Positions 1 to 12,000 of a stretch of DNA of 64,000 nucleotides are shown piece after piece. The position numbers and the translations under genes were made by a program. Below the pieces are notes generated by a model. The model ran no database searches, had not been told where the DNA came from, and saw nothing but the letters and a program-made list of their open reading frames with translations. The DNA comes from the human T2T-CHM13v2.0 reference genome, Homo sapiens. The stretch lies in the NCBI RefSeq assembly GCF_009914755.1, contig NC_060944.1; one strand, written 5' to 3'. Each line of letters starts with the position of its first letter. Position 1 is the stretch's first letter.

Positions 1-35
1 GAATCTGCAAGTGGATATTTGGCTAGCTTTGAGGA

Positions 36-52
36 TTTCGTTGGAAACGGGA
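36..52 (+). promoter_or_regulatory. CENP-B box (recurs at the same position in each HOR; mutated in U9, U11, U22)
   Basis: TTTCGTTGGAAACGGGA matches the canonical 17 bp box (core nTTCGnnnnAnnCGGGn). Confidence 0.95.
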
Positions 53-373
53 TTACATATAAAAAGGAGACAGCAGCATTCTCAGAAACTTCTTTGTGAT
101 GTCTGCATTCAATTCACAGAGTTGAGCATTCCCTTTCATAGAGCAGGTTGGAAACACTCTTTTTGTAGTATCTGGATGAGGACATTTGGAGCGCTTTCAG
201 GCGTATGGTGAAAAAGGAAATATCTTCCCGTAAAAACTAGACAGAAGCATTCTCAGAAGTTTATTTGTGATGTGTGCCCTCAACTAACAGAGTTGAACCT
301 TTCTTTTGATAGAGCAGTTTTGAAACACTCTTTTTGTAAAATCTGCAAGAGGATATTTGGATAGCTTTGAGGA

Positions 374-390
374 TTTCGTTGCAAACGGGA
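374..390 (+). promoter_or_regulatory. CENP-B box, variant with intact core
   Basis: TTTCGTTGCAAACGGGA; the G>C change is at a non-core position and is fixed across units. Confidence 0.88.
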
Positions 391-715
391 ATGGCTTCAT
401 ATAAACTCTAGACAGAAGCATTCTCAGAAACTTCTTTGTGATGTCTGCATTCAATTCACAGAGTTGAGCATTCCCTTTCATAGAGCAGGTTGGAAACACT
501 CTTTCTGCATTCCCTGGAAGTGGACATTTGGAGCGCTTTCAGGACGACGGTGAAAATGGAAATATCTTCCAAGAAAATCTAGATAGAAGCAACGTCAGAA
601 ACTTTTATGTGATGGATCTACTCAGCTAACAGAGTTGAACCTTTCTTTTGAGAGAGCAGTTTTGCAACACTCTTTTTGTGGAATATGCAAGTGGATATTA
701 GGGCAGCTTTGAGGA

Positions 716-732
716 TTTCGTTGGAAACGGGA
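716..732 (+). promoter_or_regulatory. CENP-B box
   Basis: TTTCGTTGGAAACGGGA. Confidence 0.95.
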
Positions 733-1053
733 ATACATGTAAAAAGCAGACAGCAGCATTCTCAGAAACTTCTTTGTGATGTTTGCATTGAAGTCACAGA
801 GTTGAACATTCCCTTTGAGAGAGCAGGTTTGAAACACGCCTTTTGTCATATCTGGAAGTGTCCATTCGGAGCGCATTCAGGCTTGTGTTGAAAAAGGAAA
901 TATCCTCCCATAAAAACTAGACAGAAGCATTCTCAGAAACTTATCTGTGATGTATGTACTCAACTAACAGAACTAAACCATCGTTTTGAAGGAGCAGTTT
1001 TGAAACACTCTTTTTGCGGAATCTGCAAGTGGATATTTGGCTAGCTGGGAGGA

Positions 1054-1070
1054 TTTCGTTGGAAACGGGA
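1054..1070 (+). promoter_or_regulatory. CENP-B box
   Basis: TTTCGTTGGAAACGGGA. Confidence 0.95.
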
Positions 1071-1220
1071 TTACATACAAAAAGCAGAGAGCAGCATTCT
1101 CAGAAACTTCTTTGTGATGTTTGCATTCAAGTCACAGAGTTGAACATTCCCTTTCATAGAGCAGGTTTGAAACACTCTTTTTGTAGTATCTGGATGTGGA
1201 CATTTGGATCGCTTTCAGGC

Positions 1221-1237
1221 CTATGGTGAAAAAGGAA
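1221..1237 (+). promoter_or_regulatory. pJalpha box (A-type monomer motif; representative copy)
   Basis: CTATGGTGAAAAAGGAA lies at the position homologous to the CENP-B box; the other A monomers carry degenerate versions. Confidence 0.75.
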
Positions 1238-1391
1238 ATATCTTCCCATGAAGACTAGACAGAAGCATTCTCAGAAACTTATTTGTGATGTGTGCCCTCA
1301 ACTGACAGTGTTGAACCTTTGTTTTGATAGAGCAGTTCTGAAACACACTTTTTGTGAAATCTGCAAGAGGATATTTGGATAGCTTTGAGGA

Positions 1392-1408
1392 TTTCGTTGG
1401 AAACGGGA
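1392..1408 (+). promoter_or_regulatory. CENP-B box
   Basis: TTTCGTTGGAAACGGGA. Confidence 0.95.
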
Positions 1409-1733
1409 ATGTCTTCATGTAAACTCTAGACAGAAGCATTCTCAGAAACTGCTTTGGGATGTTTCAATTGAAGTCCCAGTGTTGAACATTCCCTTTCATA
1501 GAGCAGGTTTGAAACACTCTTTTTGTACTATCTGGAAGTGGACATTTGGAGCGCTTTCAGGTCTACGGTGAAAAAGGAGATATCTTCCAATAAAAACTAG
1601 ATAGAAGCAATGTCAGAACTTTTTTCATGATGTATCTACTCAGCAAACAGAGTTGAACCTTTCTTTTGAGAGAGCAGTTTTGAAACACTCTTTTTGTGGA
1701 ATATGCAAGTGGGTATTAGGCCAGCTTGGAGGA

Positions 1734-1750
1734 TTTCGTTGGAAACGGGA
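1734..1750 (+). promoter_or_regulatory. CENP-B box
   Basis: TTTCGTTGGAAACGGGA. Confidence 0.95.
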
Positions 1751-2071
1751 ATACGTATAAAAAGCAGACAGCAGCATTGTCAGAAACTACTTTGTGATGT
1801 TTGCATTCAAGTCACAGAATTGAACACTCCCTTTCACAGAGCAGGTTTGAAACACTCTTTTTGTAGTGTCTGTAAGTGAACATTTGGATTGCTTTCAGGC
1901 CTAAGGTGAAAAAGGAAATATCTTCCCATAAAAACTAGACAGAAGCATTCTCAGAAACTTGTTTGTGATGTGTGCCCTCTACTGACAGAGTTGAACCTTT
2001 CTTTGCAAAGAGCAGTTTTGAAACACTCTTTTTGTAGAATCTGCAAGAGGATATTTGGATAGCTTTGAGGA

Positions 2072-2088
2072 TTTCTTGGGAAACGGGA
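2072..2088 (+). promoter_or_regulatory. Degenerate, predicted non-binding CENP-B box (one per 16-mer)
   Basis: TTTCTTGGGAAACGGGA; the core TTCG is changed to TTCT. Confidence 0.85.
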
Positions 2089-2413
2089 ATGTCTTCAGAT
2101 AAACTCTAGACAGAAGCATTCTCAGAAACTTCTTTGGGATGTTTCAATTGAAGTCACAGTGTTGAACATTCCCTTTCACAGAGCAGGTTTGAAACACTCT
2201 TTTTGTAGTGTCTATAAGTGAACATTTGGCGTGCTTTCAGGCCTAACGTGAAAAAGGAAATATCTTCCCATAAAAACTAGACAGAAGCATTCTCAGAAAC
2301 TTGTTCTTGATGTGTGCCCTCTACTGACAGAGTTGAACCTTTCTTTGCAAAGAGCAGTTTTGAAACACTCTTTTTGTAGAATCTGCAAGAGGATATTTGG
2401 ATAGCTTTGAGGA

Positions 2414-2430
2414 TTTCTTGGGAAACGGGA
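2414..2430 (+). promoter_or_regulatory. Second degenerate CENP-B box, present only in 18-mer units
   Basis: TTTCTTGGGAAACGGGA, 342 bp after the first degenerate box. Confidence 0.85.
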
Positions 2431-2755
2431 ATGTCTTCAGATAAACTCTAGACAGAAGCATTCTCAGAAAGTACTTTGGGATGTTTCAATTGAAGTCACA
2501 GTGTTGAACATTCCCTTTCACAGAGCAGGTTTGAAACACTCTTTTTGTAGTGTCTATAAGTGAACATTTGGCGTGCTTTCAGGCCTAACGTGAAAAAGGA
2601 AATATCTTCCCATAAAAACTAGACAGAAGCATTCTCAGAAACTTGTTCTTGATGTGTCCCCTCTACTGACAGAGTTGAACCTTTCTTTGCAAAGAGCAGC
2701 TTTGAAACACTCTTTTTGTAGAATCTGCAAGAGGATATTTGGATAGCTTGGAGGA

Positions 2756-2772
2756 TTTCGTTGGAAACGGGT
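2756..2772 (+). promoter_or_regulatory. CENP-B box with intact core
   Basis: TTTCGTTGGAAACGGGT; only the last, non-core base differs. Confidence 0.9.
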
Positions 2773-3061
2773 ATGTCTTCAGATAAACTCTAGACAGAAG
2801 CATTCTCAGAAACTTCTTTGGGATGTTGCATTCAAGTCACAGAGTAGAACATTCCCATTCATAGAGCAGATTTGAAACACTCTTTTTGTAGTATCTGGAA
2901 GTGGACATTTGGAGCGCTTTCAGGCCTATGTTGAAAAAGGAAATATCTTCCCATAAAAACTAGACGGAAGCATTCTCAGAAACTTATTTGTGATGTGTTT
3001 GCTCAACTAACAGGATTGAACCATCGTTTTGAAGGAGCAGTTTTGAAACACTGTTTTCGTG

Positions 3062-6000
3062 GAATCTGCAAGTGGATATTTGGCTAGCTTTGAGGATTTC
3101 GTTGGAAACGGGATTACATATAAAAAGGAGACAGCAGCATTCTCAGAAACTTCTTTGTGATGTCTGCATTCAATTCACAGAGTTGAGCATTCCCTTTCAT
3201 AGAGCAGGTTGGAAACACTCTTTTTGTAGTATCTGGATGAGGACATTTGGAGCGCTTTCAGGCGTATGGTGAAAAAGGAAATATCTTCCCGTAAAAACTA
3301 GACAGAAGCATTCTCAGAAGTTTATTTGTGATGTGTGCCCTCAACTAACAGAGTTGAACCTTTCTTTTGATAGAGCAGTTTTGAAACACTCTTTTTGTAA
3401 AATCTGCAAGAGGATATTTGGATAGCTTTGAGGATTTCGTTGCAAACGGGAATGGCTTCATATAAACTCTAGACAGAAGCATTCTCAGAAACTTCTTTGT
3501 GATGTCTGCATTCAATTCACAGAGTTGAGCATTCCCTTTCATAGAGCAGGTTGGAAACACTCTTTCTGCATTCCCTGGAAGTGGACATTTGGAGCGCTTT
3601 CAGGACGACGGTGAAAATGGAAATATCTTCCAAGAAAATCTAGATAGAAGCAACGTCAGAAACTTTTATGTGATGGATCTACTCAGCTAACAGAGTTGAA
3701 CCTTTCTTTTGAGAGAGCAGTTTTGCAACACTCTTTTTGTGGAATATGCAAGTGGATATTAGGGCAGCTTTGAGGATTTCGTTGGAAACGGGAATACATG
3801 TAAAAAGCAGACAGCAGCATTCTCAGAAACTTCTTTGTGATGTTTGCATTGAAGTCACAGAGTTGAACATTCCCTTTGAGAGAGCAGGTTTGAAACACGC
3901 CTTTTGTCATATCTGGAAGTGTCCATTCGGAGCGCATTCAGGCTTGTGTTGAAAAAGGAAATATCCTCCCATAAAAACTAGACAGAAGCATTCTCAGAAA
4001 CTTATCTGTGATGTATGTACTCAACTAACAGAACTAAACCATCGTTTTGAAGGAGCAGTTTTGAAACACTCTTTTTGCGGAATCTGCAAGTGGATATTTG
4101 GCTAGCTGGGAGGATTTCGTTGGAAACGGGATTACATACAAAAAGCAGAGAGCAGCATTCTCAGAAACTTCTTTGTGATATTTGCATTCAAGTCACAGAG
4201 TTGAACATTCCCTTTCATAGAGCAGGTTTGAAACACTCTTTTTGTAGTATCTGGATGTGGACATTTGGATCGCTTTCAGGCCTATGGTGAAAAAGGAAAT
4301 ATCTTCCCATGAAAACTAGACAGAAGCATTCTCAGAAACTTATTTGTGATGTGTGCCCTCAACTGACAGTGTTGAACCTTTGTTTTGATAGAGCAGTTCT
4401 GAAACACACTTTTTGTAAAATCTGCAAGAGGATATTTGGATAGCTTTGAGGATTTCGTTGGAAACGGGAATGTCTTCATGTAAACTCTAGACAGAAGCAT
4501 TCTCAGAAACTGCTTTGGGATGTTTCAATTGAAGTCCCAGTGTTGAACATTCCCATTCATAGAGCAGGTTTGAAACACTCTTTTTGTACTATCTGGAAGT
4601 GGACATTTGGAGCGCTTTCAGGTCTACGGTGAAAAAGGAGATATCTTCCAATAAAAACTAGATAGAAGCAATGTCAGAACTTTTTTCATGATGTATCTAC
4701 TCAGCAAACAGAGTTGAACCTTTCTTTTGAGAGAGCAGTTTTGAAACACTCTTTTTGTGGAATATGCAAGTGGGTATTAGGCCAGCTTGGAGGATTTCGT
4801 TGGAAACGGGAATACGTATAAAAAGCAGACAGCAGCATTGTCAGAAACTACTTTGTGATGTTTGCATTCAAGTCACAGAATTGAACACTCCCTTTCACAG
4901 AGCAGGTTTGAAACACTCTTTTTGTAGTGTCTGTAAGTGAACATTTGGATTGCTTTCAGGCCTAAGGTGAAAAAGGAAATATCTTCCCATAAAAACTAGA
5001 CAGAAGCATTCTCAGAAACTTGTTTGTGATGTGTGCCCTCTACTGACAGAGTTGAAACTTTCTTTGCAAAGAGCAGTTTTGAAACACTCTTTTTGTAGAA
5101 TCTGCAAGAGGATATTTGGATAGCTTTGAGGATTTCTTGGGAAACGGGAATGTCTTCAGATAAACTCTAGACAGAAGCATTCTCAGAAAGTTCTTTGGGA
5201 TGTTTCAATTGAAGTCACAGTGTTGAACATTCCCTTTCACAGAGCAGGTTTGAAACACTCTTTTTGTAGTGTCTATAAGTGAACATTTGGCGTGCTTTCA
5301 GGCCTAACGTGAAAAAGGAAATATCTTCCCATAAAAACTAGACAGAAGCATTCTCAGAAACTTGTTCGTGATGTGTGCCCTCTACTGACAGAGTTGAACC
5401 TTTCTTTGCAAAGAGCAGCTTTGAAACACACTTTTTGTAGAATCTGCAAGAGGATATTTGGATAGCTTGGAGGATTTCGTTGGAAACGGGTATGTCTTCA
5501 GATAAACTCTAGACAGAAGCATTCTCAGAAACTTCTTTGGGATGTTGCATTCAAGTCACAGAGTAGAACATTCCCATTCATAGAGCAGATTTGAAACACT
5601 CTTTTTGTAGTATCTGGAAGTGGACATTTGGAGCGCTTTCAGGCCTATGTTGAAAAAGGAAATATCTTCCCATAAAAACTAGACGGAAGCATTCTCAGAA
5701 ACTTATTTGTGATGTGTTTGCTCAACTAACAGGATTGAACCATCGTTTTGAAGGAGCAGTTTTGAAACACTGTTTTCGTGGAATCTGCAAGTGGATATTT
5801 GGCTAGCTTTGAGGATTTCGTTGGAAACGGGATTACATATAAAAAGGAGACAGCAGCATTCTCAGAAACTTCTTTGTGATGTCTGCATTCAATTCACAGA
5901 GTTGAGCATTCCCTTTCATAGAGCAGGTTGGAAACACTCTTTTTGTAGTATCTGGATGAGGACATTTGGAGCGCTTTCAGGCGTATGGTGAAAAAGGAAA

Positions 6001-9000
6001 TATCTTCCCGTAAAAACTAGACAGAAGCATTCTCAGAAGTTTATTTGTGATGTGTGCCCTCAACTAACAGAGTTGAACCTTTCTTTTGATAGAGCAGTTT
6101 TGAAACACTCTTTTTGTAAAATCTGCAAGAGGATATTTGGATAGCTTTGAGGATTTCGTTGCAAACGGGAATGGCTTCATATAAACTCTAGACAGAAGCA
6201 TTCTCAGAAACTTCTTTGTGATGTCTGCATTCAATTCACAGAGTTGAGCATTCCCTTTCATAGAGCAGGTTGGAAACACTCTTTCTGCATTCCCTGGAAG
6301 TGGACATTTGGAGCGCTTTCAGGACGACGGTGAAAATGGAAATATCTTCCAAGAAAATCTAGATAGAAGCAACGTCAGAAACTTTTATGTGATGGATCTA
6401 CTCAGCTAACAGAGTTGAACCTTTCTTTTGAGAGAGCAGTTTTGCAACACTCTTTTTGTGGAATATGCAAGTGGATATTAGGGCAGCTTTGAGGATTTCG
6501 TTGGAAACGGGAATACATGTAAAAAGCAGACAGCAGCATTCTCAGAAACTTCTTTGTGATGTTTGCATTGAAGTCACAGAGTTGAACATTCCCTTTGAGA
6601 GAGCAGGTTTGAAACACGCCTTTTGTCATATCTGGAAGTGTCCATTCGGAGCGCATTCAGGCTTGTGTTGAAAAAGGAAATATCCTCCCATAAAAACTAG
6701 ACAGAAGCATTCTCAGAAACTTATCTGTGATGTATGTACTCAACTAACAGAACTAAACCATCGTTTTGAAGGAGCAGTTTTGAAACACTCTTTTTGCGGA
6801 ATCTGCAAGTGGATATTTGGCTAGCTGGGAGGATTTCGTTGGAAACGGGATTACATACAAAAAGCAGAGAGCAGCATTCTCAGAAACTTCTTTGTGATAT
6901 TTGCATTCAAGTCACAGAGTTGAACATTCCCTTTCATAGAGCAGGTTTGAAACACTCTTTTTGTAGTATCTGGATGTGGACATTTGGATCGCTTTCAGGC
7001 CTATGGTGAAAAAGGAAATATCTTCCCATGAAAACTAGACAGAAGCATTCTCAGAAACTTATTTGTGATGTGTGCCCTCAACTGACAGTGTTGAACCTTT
7101 GTTTTGATAGAGCAGTTCTGAAACACACTTTTTGTAAAATCTGCAAGAGGATATTTGGATAGCTTTGAGGATTTCGTTGGAAACGGGAATGTCTTCATGT
7201 AAACTCTAGACAGAAGCATTCTCAGAAACTGCTTTGGGATGTTTCAATTGAAGTCCCAGTGTTGAACATTCCCATTCATAGAGCAGGTTTGAAACACTCT
7301 TTTTGTACTATCTGGAAGTGGACATTTGGAGCGCTTTCAGGTCTACGGTGAAAAAGGAGATATCTTCCAATAAAAACTAGATAGAAGCAATGTCAGAACT
7401 TTTTTCATGATGTATCTACTCAGCAAACAGAGTTGAACCTTTCTTTTGAGAGAGCAGTTTTGAAACACTCTTTTTGTGGAATATGCAAGTGGGTATTAGG
7501 CCAGCTTGGAGGATTTCGTTGGAAACGGGAATACGTATAAAAAGCAGACAGCAGCATTGTCAGAAACTACTTTGTGATGTTTGCATTCAAGTCACAGAAT
7601 TGAACACTCCCTTTCACAGAGCAGGTTTGAAACACTCTTTTTGTAGTGTCTGTAAGTGAACATTTGGATTGCTTTCAGGCCTAAGGTGAAAAAGGAAATA
7701 TCTTCCCATAAAAACTAGACAGAAGCATTCTCAGAAACTTGTTTGTGATGTGTGCCCTCTACTGACAGAGTTGAAACTTTCTTTGCAAAGAGCAGTTTTG
7801 AAACACTCTTTTTGTAGAATCTGCAAGAGGATATTTGGATAGCTTTGAGGATTTCTTGGGAAACGGGAATGTCTTCAGATAAACTCTAGACAGAAGCATT
7901 CTCAGAAAGTTCTTTGGGATGTTTCAATTGAAGTCACAGTGTTGAACATTCCCTTTCACAGAGCAGGTTTGAAACACTCTTTTTGTAGTGTCTATAAGTG
8001 AACATTTGGCGTGCTTTCAGGCCTAACGTGAAAAAGGAAATATCTTCCCATAAAAACTAGACAGAAGCATTCTCAGAAACTTGTTCGTGATGTGTGCCCT
8101 CTACTGACAGAGTTGAACCTTTCTTTGCAAAGAGCAGCTTTGAAACACACTTTTTGTAGAATCTGCAAGAGGATATTTGGATAGCTTGGAGGATTTCGTT
8201 GGAAACGGGTATGTCTTCAGATAAACTCTAGACAGAAGCATTCTCAGAAACTTCTTTGGGATGTTGCATTCAAGTCACAGAGTAGAACATTCCCATTCAT
8301 AGAGCAGATTTGAAACACTCTTTTTGTAGTATCTGGAAGTGGACATTTGGAGCGCTTTCAGGCCTATGTTGAAAAAGGAAATATCTTCCCATAAAAACTA
8401 GACGGAAGCATTCTCAGAAACTTATTTGTGATGTGTTTGCTCAACTAACAGGATTGAACCATCGTTTTGAAGGAGCAGTTTTGAAACACTGTTTTCGTGG
8501 AATCTGCAAGTGGATATTTGGCTAGCTTTGAGGATTTCGTTGGAAACGGGATTACATATAAAAAGGAGACAGCAGCATTCTCAGAAACTTCTTTGTGATG
8601 TCTGCATTCAAGTCACAGAGTTGAGCATTCCCTTTCATAGAGCAGGTTGGAAACACTCTTTTTGTAGTATCTGGATGAGGACATTTGGAGCGCTTTCAGG
8701 CGTATGGTGAAAAAGGAAATATCTTCCCGTAAAAACTAGACAGAAGCATTCTCAGAAGTTTATTTGTGATGTGTGCCCTCAACTAACAGAGTTGAACCTT
8801 TCTTTTGATAGAGCAGTTTTGAAACACTCTTTTTGTAAAATCTGCAAGAGGATATTTGGATAGCTTTGAGGATTTCGTTGCAAACGGGAATGGCTTCATA
8901 TAAACTCTAGACAGAAGCATTCTCAGAAACTTCGTTGGGATGTTTCGATTGAAGTCCCAGTGTTGAACATTCCCTTTTATAGAGCAGGTTGGAAACACTC

Positions 9001-12000
9001 TTTCTGCATTCCCTGGAAGTGGACATTTGGAGCGCTTTCAGGACGACGGTGAAAATGGAAATATCTTCCAAGAAAATCTAGATAGAAGCAATGTCAGAAA
9101 CTTTTCTGTGATGGATCTACTCAGCTAACAGAGTTGAACCTTTCTTTTGAGAGAGCAGTTTTGCAACACTCTTTTTGTGGAATATGCAAGTGGATATTAG
9201 GGCAGCTTTGAGGATTTCGTTGGAAACGGGAATACATGTAAAAAGCAGACAGCAGCATTCTCAGAAACTTCTTTGTGATGTTTGCATTGAAGTCACAGAG
9301 TTGAACATTCCCTTTGAGAGAGCAGGTTTGAAACACGCCTTTTGTCATATCTGGAAGTGTCCATTCGGAGCGCATTCAGGCTTGTGTTGAAAAAGGAAAT
9401 ATCCTCCCATAAAAACTAGACAGAAGCATTCTCAGAAACTTATCTGTGATGTATGTACTCAACTAACAGAACTAAACCATCGTTTTGAAGGAGCAGTTTT
9501 GAAACACTCTTTTTGCGGAATCTGCAAGTGGATATTTGGCTAGCTGGGAGGATTTCGTTGGAAACGGGATTACATACAAAAAGCAGAGAGCAGCATTCTC
9601 AGAAACTTCTTTGTGATGTTTGCATTCAAGTCACAGAGTTGAACATTCCCTTTCATAGAGCAGGTTTGAAACACTCTTTTTGTAGTATCTGGATGTGGAC
9701 ATTTGGATCGCTTTCAGGCCTATGGTGAAAAAGGAAATATCTTCCCATGAAAACTAGACAGAAGCATTCTCAGAAACTTATTTGTGATGTGTGCCCTCAA
9801 CTGACAGTGTTGAACCTTTGTTTTGATAGAGCAGTTCTGAAACACACTTTTTGTAAAATCTGCAAGAGGATATTTGGATAGCTTTGAGGATTTCGTTGGA
9901 AACGGGAATGTCTTCATGTAAACTCTAGACAGAAGCATTCTCAGAAACTGCTTTGGGATGTTTCAATTGAAGTCCCAGTGTTGAACATTCCCTTTCATAG
10001 AGCAGGTTTGAAACACTCTTTTTGTACTATCTGGAAGTGGACATTTGGAGCGCTTTCAGGTCTACGGTGAAAAAGGAGATATCTTCCAATAAAAACTAGA
10101 TAGAAGCAATGTCAGAACTTTTTTCATGATGTATCTACTCAGCAAACAGAGTTGAACCTTTCTTTTGAGAGAGCAGTTTTGAAACACTCTTTTTGTGGAA
10201 TATGCAAGTGGGTATTAGGCCAGCTTGGAGGATTTCGTTGGAAACGGGAATACGTATAAAAAGCAGACAGCAGCATTGTCAGAAACTACTTTGTGATGTT
10301 TGCATTCAAGTCACAGAATTGAACACTCCCTTTCACAGAGCAGGTTTGAAACACTCTTTTTGTAGTGTCTGTAAGTGAACATTTGGATTGCTTTCAGGCC
10401 TAAGGTGAAAAAGGAAATATCTTCCCATAAAAACTAGACAGAAGCATTCTCAGAAACTTGTTTGTGATGTGTGCCCTCTACTGACAGAGTTGAACCTTTC
10501 TTTGCAAAGAGCAGTTTTGAAACACTCTTTTTGTAGAATCTGCAAGAGGATATTTGGATAGCTTTGAGGATTTCTTGGGAAACGGGAATGTCTTCAGATA
10601 AACTCTAGACAGAAGCATTCTCAGAAACTTCTTTGGGATGTTTCAATTGAAGTCACAGTGTTGAACATTCCCTTTCACAGAGCCGGTTTGAAACACTCTT
10701 TTTGTAGTGTCTATAAGTGAACATTTGGCGTGCTTTCAGGCGTAACGTGAAAAAGGAAATATCTTCCCATAAAAACTAGACAGAAGCATTCTCAGAAACT
10801 TGTTCTTGATGTGTCCCCTCTACTGACAGAGTTGAACCTTTCTTTGCAAAGAGCAGCTTTGAAACACTCTTTTTGTAGAATCTGCAAGAGGATATTTGGA
10901 TAGCTTGGAGGATTTCGTTGGAAACGGGTATGTCTTCAGATAAACTCTAGACAGAAGCATTCTCAGAAACTTCTTTGGGATGTTGCATTCAAGTCACAGA
11001 GTAGAACATTCCCATTCATAGAGCAGATTTGAAACACTCTTTTTGTGGTATCTGGAAGTGGACATTTGGAGCGCTTTCAGGCCTATGTTGAAAAAGGAAA
11101 TATCTTCCCATAAAAACTAGACGGAAGCATTCTCAGAAACTTATTTGTGATGTGTTTGCTCAACTAACAGGATTGAACCATCGTTTTGAAGGAGCAGTTT
11201 TGAAACACTGTTTTCGTGGAATCTGCAAGTGGATATTTGGCTAGCTTTGAGGATTTCGTTGGAAACGGGATTACATATAAAAAGGAGACAGCAGCATTCT
11301 CAGAAACTTCTTTGTGATGTCTGCATTCAATTCACAGAGTTGAGCATTCCCTTTCATAGAGCAGGTTGGAAACACTCTTTTTGTAGTATCTGGATGAGGA
11401 CATTTGGAGCGCTTTCAGGCGTATGGTGAAAAAGGAAATATCTTCCCGTAAAAACTAGACAGAAGCATTCTCAGAAGTTTATTTGTGATGTGTGCCCTCA
11501 ACTAACAGAGTTGAACCTTTCTTTTGATAGAGCAGTTTTGAAACACTCTTTTTGTAAAATCTGCAAGAGGATATTTGGATAGCTTTGAGGATTTCGTTGC
11601 AAACGGGAATGGCTTCATATAAACTCTAGACAGAAGCATTCTCAGAAACTTCGTTGGGATGTTTCGATTGAAGTCCCAGTGTTGAACATTCCCTTTTATA
11701 GAGCAGGTTGGAAACACTCTTTCTGCATTCCCTGGAAGTGGACATTTGGAGCGCTTTCAGGACGACGGTGAAAATGGAAATATCTTCCAAGAAAATCTAG
11801 ATAGAAGCAATGTCAGAAACTTTTATGTGATGGATCTACTCAGCTAACAGAGTTGAACCTTTCTTTTGAGAGAGCAGTTTTGCAACACTCTTTTTGTGGA
11901 ATATGCAAGTGGATATTAGGGCAGCTTTGAGGATTTCGTTGGAAACGGGAATACATGTAAAAAGCAGACAGCAGCATTCTCAGAAACTTCTTTGTGATGT

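Larger units (their letters stand above)
1..3061 (+). repeat. HOR unit U1, 18-mer variant (3,061 bp)
   Basis: Monomer starts at 77, 248, 419, 590, 757, 928, 1095, 1266, 1437, 1608, 1775, 1946, 2117, 2288, 2459, 2630, 2801, 2971, next at 3138. That is 13x171 + 4x167 + 170 = 3,061 bp, with an extra dimer at 2288-2629. Confidence 0.95.
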
